64,000 nucleotides of DNA from Chrysomallon squamiferum (taxonomy: Eukaryota > Animalia > Mollusca), in NCBI GenBank assembly GCA_012295275.1, contig CM022678.1, forward strand, positions 11,470,001 to 11,534,000. Direction: 5' to 3'. How positions within the stretch are numbered: position 1 is the first letter of the stretch; the number at the start of each line of letters is the position of its first letter. Below the pieces are notes generated by a model. It searched no databases and had not been told where the DNA came from. It saw nothing but the letters and a program-made list of their open reading frames with translations. Positions 14,734-28,144 of the stretch are shown piece after piece. Both the position numbers and the translations under genes were made by a program.

Positions 14734-15521
14734 TTATTGTTATTACATTCAGTTGTGGTTTATGCTCAAAGTAATATATTTTATAAGCCTTCGGTTTTGT
14801 GTTCAGCATGAATAAGATTTCTGAAACGTCTGCAAGCAGGGCAGCCATTTTGTTCAGTGTCAAAAGACCGCAGGAGCAGGACATTTCGTCTGCGTCGATT
14901 GACATCAGCTGTACTCCCGCTGTCGCGTGCACAAAGCCCGACATACCAGCACACCGCTCTCTTTGTTCGCTAGATGGCGCTAGCGGAGCGCGCGGGAGCT
15001 GTAAAGCAATGTACGCTGACTCACAGCACAGAAAAAGAGATCGGGTGTTCGTTGAATGGCAGGCACCCTGCTCAAATTGCCTGGGTGCTTCATTCGAGTG
15101 CAGTGAAGTGGAAACATTACGAAGCCGCGGTTTCTATACGAAGCCGATCTACATTAAATTACATTCTATTTTACTCGTTCCGGCCAAGCGGCCAAGATAG
15201 GTACAGCCATAGTTACTTTTCAAGCTGAATGATAATTCAGAGCTTCGGCTGTCTGTGAAAACACGTACATACACGAACACGTTCACGAATTGTGATCACG
15301 TTGTTGCCAATATGCGATGGGCGCCATCTTGGCTTTTGTGAATTCTTTTATAATGGGAGAAAAATAAATGAATAGTAAAAGATTTTGAAGAGCTCGGCTA
15401 ATTGACGTGCTTAAACACGCGAGTTTAGTGTTCTGAGCTTCGAGTCGTTTTTAAATAGACAAGGATTAAATTAGTTGAAATGTTTGTTTCATGTATATTT
15501 TGGAATTAGAGTTTAAGAAAC

Positions 15522-15681
<160 letters not shown>

Positions 15682-16365
15682 GCTTGCTTACAATTAACGA
15701 AAACTTACTTTTACAAAAAATAAAACAAATACAAATAAACAAAACTAAAAAATAAATAAATAAATAAAAACCTCAGGTTAAACGAAAATATATCTCAACA
15801 TAAATGCTGGAAAGCTGAAATAAACATTGTCTTTGTATTTTTATTTATTTTAAATTCTGCACTTAAACAAGTATACAATTGAGTTGTACCATTTTCTCGC
15901 TTGAAAACTTCATTTCATTACAAATTTCAAAGCGTTTTTTTTTTTTTTTTTTTAACTTCTTCATTTTAATACTTTACTCAGTTCTGTTACTGGAAACTCG
16001 ATCCTAAGTTACAACATACTTAAAAAAAAAAAAAAAAAATTAACAAAAAATTGGGACATTGTTAAAGTTCAGCGAGATGAAACCGGATGTTACTTTTGAC
16101 TGTCGGTGTATCTTGCCCGTCCCCACTTTTTGTGTCCACGCCTTGTGATTTTCTTTAGATGATAGAAAAGACTGAACAATAGAAAGAAGAGGAGCCCTCA
16201 ATGACACCAGTTTTCAGTGAACAGCTTCAGACAAGCTTGAAAAGATCCGTGAATTTATAACTCACAATATTAGTCACACGTGAATATTATTAAACGTTTT
16301 ATTTATCTTTAATATAACATGATTATAAAACACAGGACTAGGAACATATATATATATATATATAT

Positions 16366-16425
16366 ATCTTTATTATTAGTAATTATAAATGTTTTAAAAC
16401 ATTTATAATTACTAATAATAAAGAT
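16366..16425. repeat. perfect 60-bp AT-rich palindrome
   Basis: ATCTTTATTATTAGTAATTATAAATGTTTT|AAAACATTTATAATTACTAATAATAAAGAT; 30/30 positions complementary, no spacer. Confidence 0.95.
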
Positions 16426-16799
16426 TCGTAATAAAAATATATTTCATGAGATAGGAAACATTTTAATATACTGGAAAAATGTTTGGCACCTAAAATAAGG
16501 AACTAGAAAGTCGATTATATATTTATTTATTCGTTCGTTTATCGAAACGAGTTAGGATCAGGGTATTTAGTTTTGCTAATCTCGTCAAATCTGGAGTATT
16601 TTTTGTTGTTTTTTTGTTTGTGTAACCTTGCGCTGACTGATGTCATTCAGTGGCCCAGAACTAACATATCAGAACATCAAGGAATGCGTTGTTCTGTGTG
16701 TGGTAATGTGCATTTTAAAAACTTCTCAAGGAAAAAAAAATTATATATAACAATATTATTTCTCAGTAAACATGAACTGGCATCCTGTCAATAACGATT

Positions 16800-16965
16800 C
16801 ATAGAAAATTAATTCATTTGATAAATGTTTCACAAACAGTATCTGATGATAGAAAATTAACCTGTATGTTCTAATGATGTCATTACACAAATGTTTGACA
16901 CACAATAACTGATGATAGAAAATTAGTCAGTGTTCTAGTGATGTCATCAAACAAATGTTTTATGA
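16800..16965. repeat. degenerate tandem repeat with about 65-bp unit (CTGATGATAGAAAATTAA...TGATGTCAT...ACAAATGTTT)
   Basis: About 2.5 diverged units; related sequence at about 6980-7070. Confidence 0.65.
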
Positions 16966-17710
16966 CGTACAAGTAAGAAAAGAGAATATTTCAACACCCA
17001 CGTGACGTCATTATGAGTAAGATGATCCGAGTGTTGAGATTATGTTATTCATCACCTCAGAAACTATTGCAATAAATTTTAAAACGCGTTTTATTTAATT
17101 GTGCTTTAAACCAATTAACAACTAGAATTAACTTTCTATATATATATGTAACTGGCTTTAAACCAATTAACAACTAGAATTAATTTTATATCTATATCTA
17201 TATCTGTATCTATATATATATATTGTGTTTATGTATTCTTACTGTTTCTTTTGGAGTAGGCGATTTAACATTTTTCTTAGAGAAATAATATGAAATAATA
17301 TGTAGTTATGTATATGTGTCTGTATCTGTGTGTGTGTGTCTGCGTATGTGTGAGTGGTGTCGTACACCTTAATATTCTAAATTTAGTATTAATATTTATT
17401 TTTTCCTTTCTCGTGAATCATTATTTTCCCCTCTTTCATTATTAATAATAAATTTCTTGTCTTTTTCTTGTTTTTTCTAACAAATGTGTGTGTCGTCTTT
17501 GCCTGTGACTTTTTGATTTTACTGCGTGCTGGCCAAAGCCTAGGTGACTTATCTCTGAACAAACGTATTGTATTTCAGCTAAATAGTCCTGACTTGCGCT
17601 GTGTGCACGTAACATCAAAACGTGAACACTGCATATTGAATTCAAACTTTATTCATCACAGAAATGTTATACTTCAAACAGTCGAGCAGTGCTCGAAACA
17701 ATAATAATAA

Positions 17711-17755
<45 letters not shown>

Positions 17756-17977
17756 TAAATATTGTATTAGTAAAATAATATATAATGAAAATACATTGTT
17801 TTGCTGAAACGCTTGTACATACCAGTTTTAAAGAACGTATATAAAATGTCAACATTATAAAAGCGACGAAGTACACCCCTATCATATTTCATTTCTAGCA
17901 TAATCGTGTTAGTAGTATTAACCCTTTTAGCACTGTGTACTGATATAATTCTTTAATTTTTCTTGTTGTGGTTGTTG

Positions 17978-18128
<151 letters not shown>

Positions 18129-19883
18129 ATTGTTTGGCCTATTTTTAATGTTAGAACATTTAAAAAATTTAAAGTACAGTATTCTCAGTTGTTCAAGGCT
18201 AAATAAGATATAAATGTTCATTCTTATCGCCCCTTTTCACTTTTTTTTAATTTATTTATTTTTTAAGACATAACAGTATTATTATTAAGGAATTTCATAC
18301 TCCTTTTAAGTTTTTTTTTTGTTTGCTCACGTTTTACGAAACATTTAAAACTACAAGTCATACTTGGAATGACTGGCGATTTAATAAAAAAAAAAAAAAA
18401 AAAAAAAAAAAGCCCAGATCGTCTCTGCTAATGGAAGCTTGTATGACTAACAGTTGACAATAGGGGGACCAGATAACAAACGTGGCAATATCAAATTCCG
18501 AACAGCTATAATTAAAACCTAGCGAACCGGGTCATAAAAATAAATGAAAAAAGTATGAAATGGAGAGAAAAAATAAAAATAAAGCAGCAACAAATACCCT
18601 GAATAATTTCAGTGTAAAGTGATTGTCCAAACAAATATAGAATGCTTTTAAAACATCCATAATAAACGATTCCCGCTGTTTTTGCAAAAACTCGCCCTCC
18701 CCGTCTGACAACTTTAAAGTACAATAGCCTGGCGATTTATTTATGTTACCAAGCCGAGTGTGAAGTCACACCATGTTTGGATAAAGCCTATTTTTTTCAG
18801 GCTGGATAAAATTTTGAAAATTGTGACGTAGGAGACAATTTTTTTTTTTCCTTTCTTTCCTTATGAGCAGACGAAATGCTGAGTACTTCGGGTACGAGTA
18901 AAAGCCGTCAACACTACAGGCTACCTAAACTACAAAATAAATATTGACTATCTGTCGACTGACTTGAAGTTTTATATTATATCACCTATCCCACTCAGAG
19001 GCCTTAAGTGGGTTATACTGAGCTTTAAAAAATTATTAAAAAATATTTTTAAAAATTTATATAAATATCACTCGTGACCCTGTAATAAAATTATAACCAA
19101 AGAAATACAAGACAGTTTTATATTTTAGAAGAAACGATTTTAATTGTATTATTATTAATTTAATTTATTAATCAGGTAAGCGACTTTTCAACTATAATTT
19201 CTTCAACTTTTAGCTATTTTCGTTTGTATAATAGGTTTTAGGTAGGTTTATAAATACAAAGTATTTACAAAAAATTATAAATATACAGCTTGGTTTTTGT
19301 TGTTACTAAAATATATAATATTCCTTACACTTTAATTAAATCATACGATATTTATTACAAAAAAAACCATCCCAACACCGGACCCATTTTATTAACAGAA
19401 TAAAAAGGAATAAATAAATAAATAAATTGTTATAAATTATTGGTGCGCTCAAACGTAATTTTAATACTATTGCCTAAAGAAGGCCCCTCAATAAATTAAT
19501 GACGGCAATCTGAAGCATTTAACAAACAAACCCGTTGAATAGAGATATTTAACTGATAATAATTTTATATTATAGAGAGCAAATAATAATAATAAGTTTT
19601 AAAATCGAATATTTCATTTCTCTTAGAAATAACGAAAGAGTATTAAAGTTATTTACTTATTTACATACTTTCCTATTTATCTACTTATCTTAAAATTATT
19701 ATTCCTAAATATAATAATTAGAAGATAATTGTCTACAGTGGTAAATAATAAATCAAAATTTTATTTTATTTCAAACAATGAAATATGTTTTAGATATATT
19801 TTTAAAAATTATTAATGTGATTAAGAATGTCCACTATAAAATTATAACAGATTACTTGAATTATTTTTATGTTATTATTATTA

Positions 19884-19928
<45 letters not shown>

Positions 19929-20629
19929 TAATCAGTTGACGTATTTCTCAACTAAAAATTTATAGAAATTATTATTAAAATAAATTTTCTTTAGTGTGTA
20001 TGTGTGAGTATCACTTTTTTAAATTAAAATTATAATTTTGAATTACATATATATATATATATATATATATATGCTATTATTACTATTATTATTTTATTAT
20101 ACTGCAATATAATGCTTTAGGTATATATCTCTTGCATTAAATTAAATTTGTATTACATTAACAATACTATATAATATATAATCTTCCTTTTACTTAATTT
20201 ATGTTACACTGAATTTCACAAAATTTTAGCGTAAATATTACATTATGTTAACTTTATATTAAATTACATTACACATTAATATTACCTTATAATACAACGT
20301 GTTTCACTGAATTACAGTTAAATTATACAAATAATAATGTATTTTCTAATCCTACATTCATTTAAGCTGCCCTGACGTATAGAAATCTTCTACAGAAAAT
20401 CTAGAACGACATGGGTCAATTTTAAATCAATAATATTTCGTTATCTTTTCCGTTTGACCTAGAAACTGATTTAAATATTCAGACTGACACCCTTAACCTC
20501 TATGTGACAGACGACATACTTAGCATTTCAGCAAATCCAAGTAAAATCAGGATTAGTAAAACTTACCTGAAACCTTCCGTATTTCGATCAGTGATTGTTA
20601 AAAGTTTTATAAACTTTTGCACACACAAA

Positions 20630-20675
<46 letters not shown>

Positions 20676-20752
20676 TCATTCATACACATTTACATAAAGT
20701 TATATTAAATAAGTAAATGTATATTTCTATTCAAAGAAATATTAATTAAATA

Positions 20753-20795
<43 letters not shown>

Positions 20796-21313
20796 GTTTA
20801 TTTATTTATTTATTTTTCCAACTGAATTATAGTTTTAATTTAAAATTTTCAAAACGATTAGCTTTTAATATTATATAAATTCTTTCTTCATTATACTATT
20901 TTTATATTTTAATATTTTTATTAATCGATTAATTAATTTATTTATATATATATAATAATAATAAAAAAAAACTGTCATTAATTATTATTATTGTTTTTCT
21001 TCTTCTTATTATTATTATTAATACTTTTTTATCTGGAATTTTTATCTGTAAGACATTAAAATGTAATAAATTTTGCATAATCAGTTGGAGGAAAATGTAC
21101 TGAATTTATAAATATTAATATTAATAATAATAATAATAATAATAATAGTAATAGTAATAATAATAATATAATAATAATATTTACCCTTTTCAAAAATCGA
21201 AACAAACAAATCCTGAAAGAATGAAAGTTTCTAAAAAGTTACTTTTACGAATGCACGTGCGCGAGCAGACGACCTATTGCAGAAGCAGACGAACAAGCTG
21301 ATTTTCCCGCCGA

Positions 21314-21379
21314 TGTGGATGAGTGTGGATCTAGTCATGAAACAATTGTCAACATGGACTAGACACACAACCATCCACA
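21314..21379 (-). ncRNA. mir-279: microRNA precursor, mir-279; mature 3p at 21316-21337 (UGACUAGAUCCACACUCAUCCA)
   Basis: Reverse complement of 21316-21337 is the canonical miR-279 sequence (seed GACUAGA). The 5p arm UGUGGAUGGUUGUGUGUCUAGUCCAUG pairs with it. UGU at the 5p/loop junction; CNNC (CAGC, 21300-21297) 16 nt downstream. Confidence 0.96.
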
Positions 21380-22305
21380 GAGAACAGGGGGTGGGGTCGG
21401 GTGGGGTCGCTTTCCTTTCCTAGCCCGGGGGTGGGTGGGTGTGGGTGTGTCTTTCTCCTCGATGTCCTAACGAGAGTCACTTTTTGTTTCTTTCTTACTC
21501 GGGGAAAGTCAGAAGACATTTTGAATATGTCCTAACAGAAATCAAAACTGGTCACATTTTCTCGCCGACTCACGATGGTTTTTGAATTTGTCCAAGAATT
21601 AACCAAACTGGTCAGTTCTTCTCTCTCTCTCTCTCTCTCTCTTTCTTTCTGACCTTCCTACACCGCGGGGTCAGTGAGAAGACATTTACAGTCAGTGGAT
21701 GATGAATCCAATCTGCTTTCTACTGAAGAATATGCGACGATTCCGGAGGCAGAGATAACTCTGAATATTTCCCAGTTCTTCAAAAAATGTTCTTATAAAA
21801 TTTTGTTTTCAGCAGCGTCACCACGGCGTAAAACAAAAAATAATAATCATCATCATCATCATCATCGTCACTGAAAAACTGTCAGCTCGTGAATGTTAAT
21901 TTCACTCGAGTTTACGAGAAACGTCTTCGGTAATAAATCTGACGAGTGGTTTAGTTTCACCAGCGGCTAAATCTCTCTTTTTTATCAATAACGCTGATAA
22001 CGTCGTGATTATCGGCGAACAAAACAATTCAATATTCACAAACGTCCGAAGTAACCCTGGAGCCGACTCGGGCAAATCCGTGAATGTCGCAGTTTTACGT
22101 ACACGTCAAGTGAACGAACACAAATCTCGATCTCTCTGCACGTAGGGACGAAGTCGACGAAGACGAAGAAGAAGAAGACGAAGAAATCAAACTCGTCCAG
22201 TGAACACAGCCATTGATGTGATTGTCGTCTGATGTGTGGTGACAGTCGACGGCAGGAGCACGACGTTGTACCAAGTCGAGTGACGTGCCTTGCTGTGTGC
22301 CGCAG

Positions 22306-22421
22306 AACTAACCCGTCTAACAACTCGATCTTTATAACGCCGTACACCTCGAATAAAGAGTTTCAAATTCATCGAACTTGAAAAGAAATGGATTAAGAGT
22401 CTCGCCGTAGTGCGCATGCGC
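22306..22421 (-). promoter_or_regulatory. candidate Pol II promoter for the mir-279 primary transcript
   Basis: Minus strand: NRF1-type TGCGCATGCGC (22411-22421), TATAAAG (22336-22330) and Inr-like TTAGTT (22311-22306, +1 at about 22309), inside a CpG-rich island about 0.9 kb upstream of the hairpin. Motif evidence only. Confidence 0.4.
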
Positions 22422-24060
22422 GGCCAAGTGTGGGACAATCATTATTATCCGTGCACAGTGAGTGAATGACAAAAACTCGTTCAAAGTGTTTGTGAAGTTT
22501 TTTTTACGAGAATAAAATCTGCTTCATCGCAGATACTTGCTGAAGGTTTTTTAAAAGAACGTTATTAAAAACCGAACGTTTTGAAGAAAAACTGTTGTTT
22601 GACTCCAGGTTTATATTGCTGTGTACCACGGTTTGACGACTTGCCAAAATCCGCGTGACCTTCATGGTAGGATAATCTGGACGCGCTAAAAATACTCGCC
22701 GATTACAATGAAATCTGCAGACGGGTTTCGGAGATACCCAATACTCCACACAGAGCCAGCCGGGTCCTCTATTCATCGGCCCACAAAGCGTGTTTGAACA
22801 ATCGACTCTGTAGTCCTGTTTGCACGAATTTCCATACACCCTACCCTGAAAGCGCTGTAATAGCTGCAGCGAAGGGGAACGACGACGTGGCTGTAGTAGA
22901 ACAGGTTTTTGGAAACCATGGGAAACGCCGCGGGTGCGAGGGAGAAAGACACAAGTGTGGGGGGGGAGGGTTGGAACAACAACCGCGATGAAAAGGAATT
23001 GAAAATTTTAAAAGAAAATATTTTCTTGTTTTTTTTTTTTTTTTTTTTTTTTCTTTTTCACCCTTTTAGCGCTTTCTTAATATTTGGAACGGTAGTAGTG
23101 TGTTTGTTTCAAATTCAGATTCCGTTCGCTTTAAATATATATTTGGTAGCTAATTATTTTTCAAATATTTGTTTCACTTCCGTCATGTATTTTTTTTTTT
23201 TTTTGGCGGTAAAATTAATTATCTTGCCGTCTGCTTTTATTTTTTTTTTTTTTTTTTTTTCTAATTATATTTCAAACTTTATAAACCAGTTTAGTTCACC
23301 GCATTAAAATGCAGAAGCAGGTTTTTATTTTTTTAAATTATTTATTTATTTATATATATATATTTTATTTGATTTTTTTGTGGTATAATATAATATTGAC
23401 TGCTTTTAACGCCCATTTGTCATTTGGCGGGTTTATTTTACGCTGTCGTCTGCTCATCAAATGGCTACGAGGCGAATCTCGAGACACATGCCTGCGCTGC
23501 TGATTACAAAGCACTTTGCATTCCAGCCTACTGTTATTACTCCGGTCGCCATGGTGACCTTTGGCGGGTATTGACACATCGGTTTTATCGACTAGTGAAA
23601 TCACGAAATGAGAGTCACGTGACGCTGGCGATCGTTTTACCGCGTGCTCTATGATTTAAAACGAAGAAAATCCGATCTGCTTACTGCTAGGTTCGTGTAT
23701 TTAGCGTTTGCATTCGAGGATGAATATTTAGTATTGCGTTATAAACATATGACAGAATTACGTGTACTGAAGTATTGATATTAATTGTAGCCGTTGTTGC
23801 TGAAATAATAGCAGTAGTGTAAGTTGTAATAGTATAAGTAGCAGTAGATGTACACACAGTAATGTTAGACGTTGTAGTAGTAACAGTAGTAGTAGCTGAC
23901 TTAGAAATATTAGTAGAAGCAGTAATAGTAATAATTGTAAATCTGTTACAAACATTACTGGGTGGTTTTTTTTCTTAAAAACAATATCAAAACACGTTAA
24001 TTAATTAATTAATAAGTATTAAGTACATAAACAACGATATTTATAAACTTGTATATATCT

Positions 24061-24097
<37 letters not shown>

Positions 24098-24467
24098 TCT
24101 GTGAATAATTATGTCTATGTTAATGTACATCTCTATCTGTGAGTCCGTATGTACTGTACGCGTGTGTCTGTTTCTTTCCATTTTACACTTTCTAATCATT
24201 TCATAAATAATACAAAAACGTTTATTATATTATTCTATGTCATAACGTCCTTTACACACATGTAAATTTATTTATTTATTTATTTATTTTTAAGAAATAT
24301 ATAAATAAATAGAAAAAGATGGTTGTTCATGAAGACGAACTGAAAATTCACAGATTTAAATATTACGCAACAAACATCACATTTCATCCACTTTACATAT
24401 ATTAATTATAAAAAAATAAAAATAAAATAAAATAAATAGAAGAAAGAAAAGTTTCCTTAATTTAAAA

Positions 24468-24538
24468 AGTACTGCACTAATGGAAACATTTGTCTGCCTC
24501 TGGTACCAAAGGTTATCGGTTCGAATCACTTCAAGGTT
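24468..24538 (+). pseudogene. degenerate tRNA-like sequence (tRNA pseudogene or SINE head)
   Basis: A-box-like CACTAATGGA, then GTCTG, then B-box GGTTCGAATC (24518-24527) at tRNA-like spacing. Stems do not pair into a cloverleaf. Confidence 0.45.
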
Positions 24539-26512
24539 AATATTACAAATGTTTATTTTATACTTAGTGTTTTATTTATATGTCTGTTTAACAAAAAAAA
24601 AAAACAACAAACAAACAAGAAAAACATAACAAAACAAACAAAAAGATTTTGTTTTTAGAAAGATTGAGTTACCTACTCTTGAAATACAACTAAGCTTTCA
24701 GGAGTTATTTCCCTTGGACCTTTTCGATACGTACGGATAGAATCATTTGAAAAAACCTATAATGACTGAGCAGTAGGAAATGGGGAAAATTTCATTAAAT
24801 ATTAAAAAGGAATTTGGATTTTTAGCAATTAGTAGTACGAAAGCAGAAGCAGCAGCAGCAGCAGCAGCAAAAACAACAACAACATCAACATTAACATAGA
24901 TAGCAATAACAAATGATAATTTTTAATGAGTATTATTAATGGTTCCGAGTTTTTTTATTCATTTATTTTTTTAAATCCTTAAGATGTGTTCTATATAATG
25001 TTTCTATTCTAATGTGGACATATACAATGTAAACATGACTGTGTTTAGTTTCTTGTAAAAATTAACAAATTTGATTAATAGGTGGGTTTTTTATAGGAAA
25101 CGACAAACTGTTGTATAATTCGTGAAGTTAACAGAAATCTTCTGTTTTAAATTACTTTTTGAATTTCAATTCGATCAGGTTTCTCCTCTTTGTTGTCATC
25201 ATTTTCCTTCCTGCCCTCCAATATGTCGTGCATAGGACTCTGTCTTAAAATCATCCGAGTTATTATAGTTTATTTTTAGATATGGTATAATAAATAAATA
25301 AATATATAAATATATCTTAAATCTTACCTGTTTGATATGTCGATGACGTCACTGCTCTGCGGCCCCTGTAGTCGGGGTTGATGTCTTCCCCAGTTTCGTA
25401 GGCTGTGAAGTAAGGGAGATAACAAACGGGCGAAGGCAGCTTCAGGTCCTGACGTCAGTAGTGTTCTACAGCTCAAAACGGGACGCGGAAATCTTCGCCA
25501 AATTTGGTGCAGTCGGAAAATTAAAGTCTGCTTAAAACACTTTCAGTTTGCAGTTATTTGTTTCGTTGTTTTCTTTGTTTCACTTTTTCTTTGTTTCTAA
25601 TTGTTTCTTTGTTTACTTTCTTCTTCTATTTCTTCTTCTTGTTTAATGTTTTTATTTTATTTTATTTTTTTATTTTTTATTATTATTATTATATTTATTT
25701 TGTTCTGGTAACTGTTAATTTGCAATAGTAATACGAAAATAATGCGTGATACACGTAGCTACATTCACATTTTAAGTAATTACGTCATAGGACTATTACT
25801 ATGACGAACTGTCACTGTTTTCGCTTATGACATCATCACTAACGTCATTCGTTACTCTTCAGTGAAATCATCATTCTCCACTCACATGTGTATGACGTCA
25901 TTAATCGAGGCCTATTTTCACTGCTGATTTCTTTGTTGAAACTTGTCTCATACAATCGTGTGTGAATCTAAATAATTTACTATAAAACTGTACGTCTAAT
26001 CATCTGTTGTCGAGGAAACCCCGTTTCCATGGAAACCACCCGGCACTTCCTGCTTCTCTTTCACTTTTCATTGATTTTTTTTACTTGCTGATTACAGTCT
26101 ACAGATAATTATCACAGATTTGTATACATTGTCTCAGAGTCTGTCAGGTTGATTGCGGTCATAGCAGGTAATGAATTCGCCTGACGCTTGAGACGCGTGG
26201 AATCGAGTGACATGCCGCAAACAACCCAATACAAACATCATGATTTGATTCTTTTTTTTTTTTTTTTTTTTTTCTAAGTCATACAACACGTGCTTGAATT
26301 TTCAAACTGGCTCGAGTTATCTTGAAAGCCTGAAATGAAAAAATAATATAATATTAAAATTAATTTGAATAGATAATTAACAGATATATGTGTTTGTGTG
26401 TGTGTGTTTGTATATATATATATGCATGTATGTGTGTTGTGTGCGCGCATGTATTAAAATAAGCAGGAATCAAATATAAAATAAAACAGATTATTTAAAA
26501 TATTTCTTTGTA

Positions 26513-26559
<47 letters not shown>

Positions 26560-27914
26560 ACACGTATACACATATGTACACAGACATACACACATACATG
26601 TATGTGCGCGTTTGTGTTAAAACAGATTATTTAAAAACATTTATATTTGTATAACAACAATATTAAGAATAACAACAACAAGAAAAATGTCTGAAGTAGT
26701 CAGTTTGGTGTCGATAAATAAATAAAATCTATTTTTTTTAAATATAAATGATATAAATGAACTTTTGCAGATAAAAAAGTATTTTTTCTTTCGAAAATAT
26801 CAAACAGTATTGTTTCTCTCTCTTTGCCGTCCCTCGAGAGCCTCAAACAATGCTTCTGTGGTATTTAATATCCTATCCTGTTATGTTCATAGCAGTCTGT
26901 ATGACCTCGCATACCGCTCAAGCGTGCAGTGAAATGCTTATAACTGTTATTATTCTGGCAAGCTGACCACCGAATGAGGCTCCAGAGGGTGACACATATA
27001 CAATAAAATCAACTCAATGTGTGAATGCGTTATCGTTATATACGTTTTGAACGAATATCCGAATTTTTATTTTAAATATATATATTTTTATTTTCCACTG
27101 AACAGTTAATTTTAATAATCAATGTCTAGGCAACATTAAATAACATGCATTTTTATTTACGGTTTTTCACACGGGCAAGAGAATTTTTGTTATTTTAGTT
27201 TATGATTAGTTTAAATTACCTGTCTATTTAATGATATATTCAGTATTATTATCGTAAATTGTCTTTTACTATTTCTAATTTTTTTTATGAAATTTGTTTT
27301 GATTTTAGTTCTACAATCACTGTTATTATTTATATTATTTATTATTATTATTATTAATTTTTTTTGGTTCTTGGTTTTTATATACGTTTAATTTATTTAA
27401 TTTTATTTCCATTAATAATGAATTGCTTTCCTTAGTTAAATAAACATAAAGATAGTATAAAAATATTATTTATTTCTAACTATTTTATTTTATCTTTCGT
27501 AATTTCTTTATTCACGTTTTTTCTTTAAATGACAAATGAAAAAAATTATTTTGAATACAACAAAACAAATTCACCCTCTACAGCCTCACACCTCCACCAC
27601 CCCCCGAATTTCACTCAGTAGATAACTGAAACATTAAATTAATTCTTGTTGTTTTTTCCTCGAAAATTCGTCTAAAATAATCGCGCTTGCAGTACAAGTT
27701 GTTTACGAAGCTTTTAACAAATGGCCGCCCATGTAAACAGAAGCACCCTCAGCTGGAGCCTCACTGACAATGTAACGGCAGCTGTGCTAGCTCGGTTCAG
27801 CTGAAGGTTAGTAGTCCAAGGAGGGCGGCGATTAGCACGCGCAGAAAGGTTATCTGCGACAGACTGCCAAGTTTGCTTCAATAGCGTAACCGCCTAACGA
27901 ACCTGGACAAACTG

Positions 27915-27962
<48 letters not shown>

Positions 27963-28096
27963 TATTATTATTATTATTATTATTTTTATTATTTTTATTA
28001 TTATTATTATTATCGGTGGGAAAACGGAAGATTTTGTTTAACAAAACTTTTTAGTAAATATAAATATAAATATAAATATAAATATTTTAAATTAAA

Positions 28097-28144
<48 letters not shown>

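Noticed and set aside
15053-15097. Stem-loop GAATGGCAGGCACCC...GGGTGCTTCATTC
   Set aside because: The stem is only about 13-14 bp with a bulge, too short for a pre-miRNA, and matches no family I know.
18620-18640. 13-nt match to the miR-219 5' end (TGATTGTCCAAAC)
   Set aside because: The 3' part diverges and there is no complementary arm.
22146-22203. Possible plus-strand terminal exon DEVDEDEEEEDEEIKLVQ* with AATAAA near 22351
   Set aside because: Explained by a short GAA/GAC repeat; no upstream coding exons found; it overlaps the candidate minus-strand 5' region.
22201-22220. miR-317-like start TGAACACAGC
   Set aside because: Only 10 nt match and no precursor fold.
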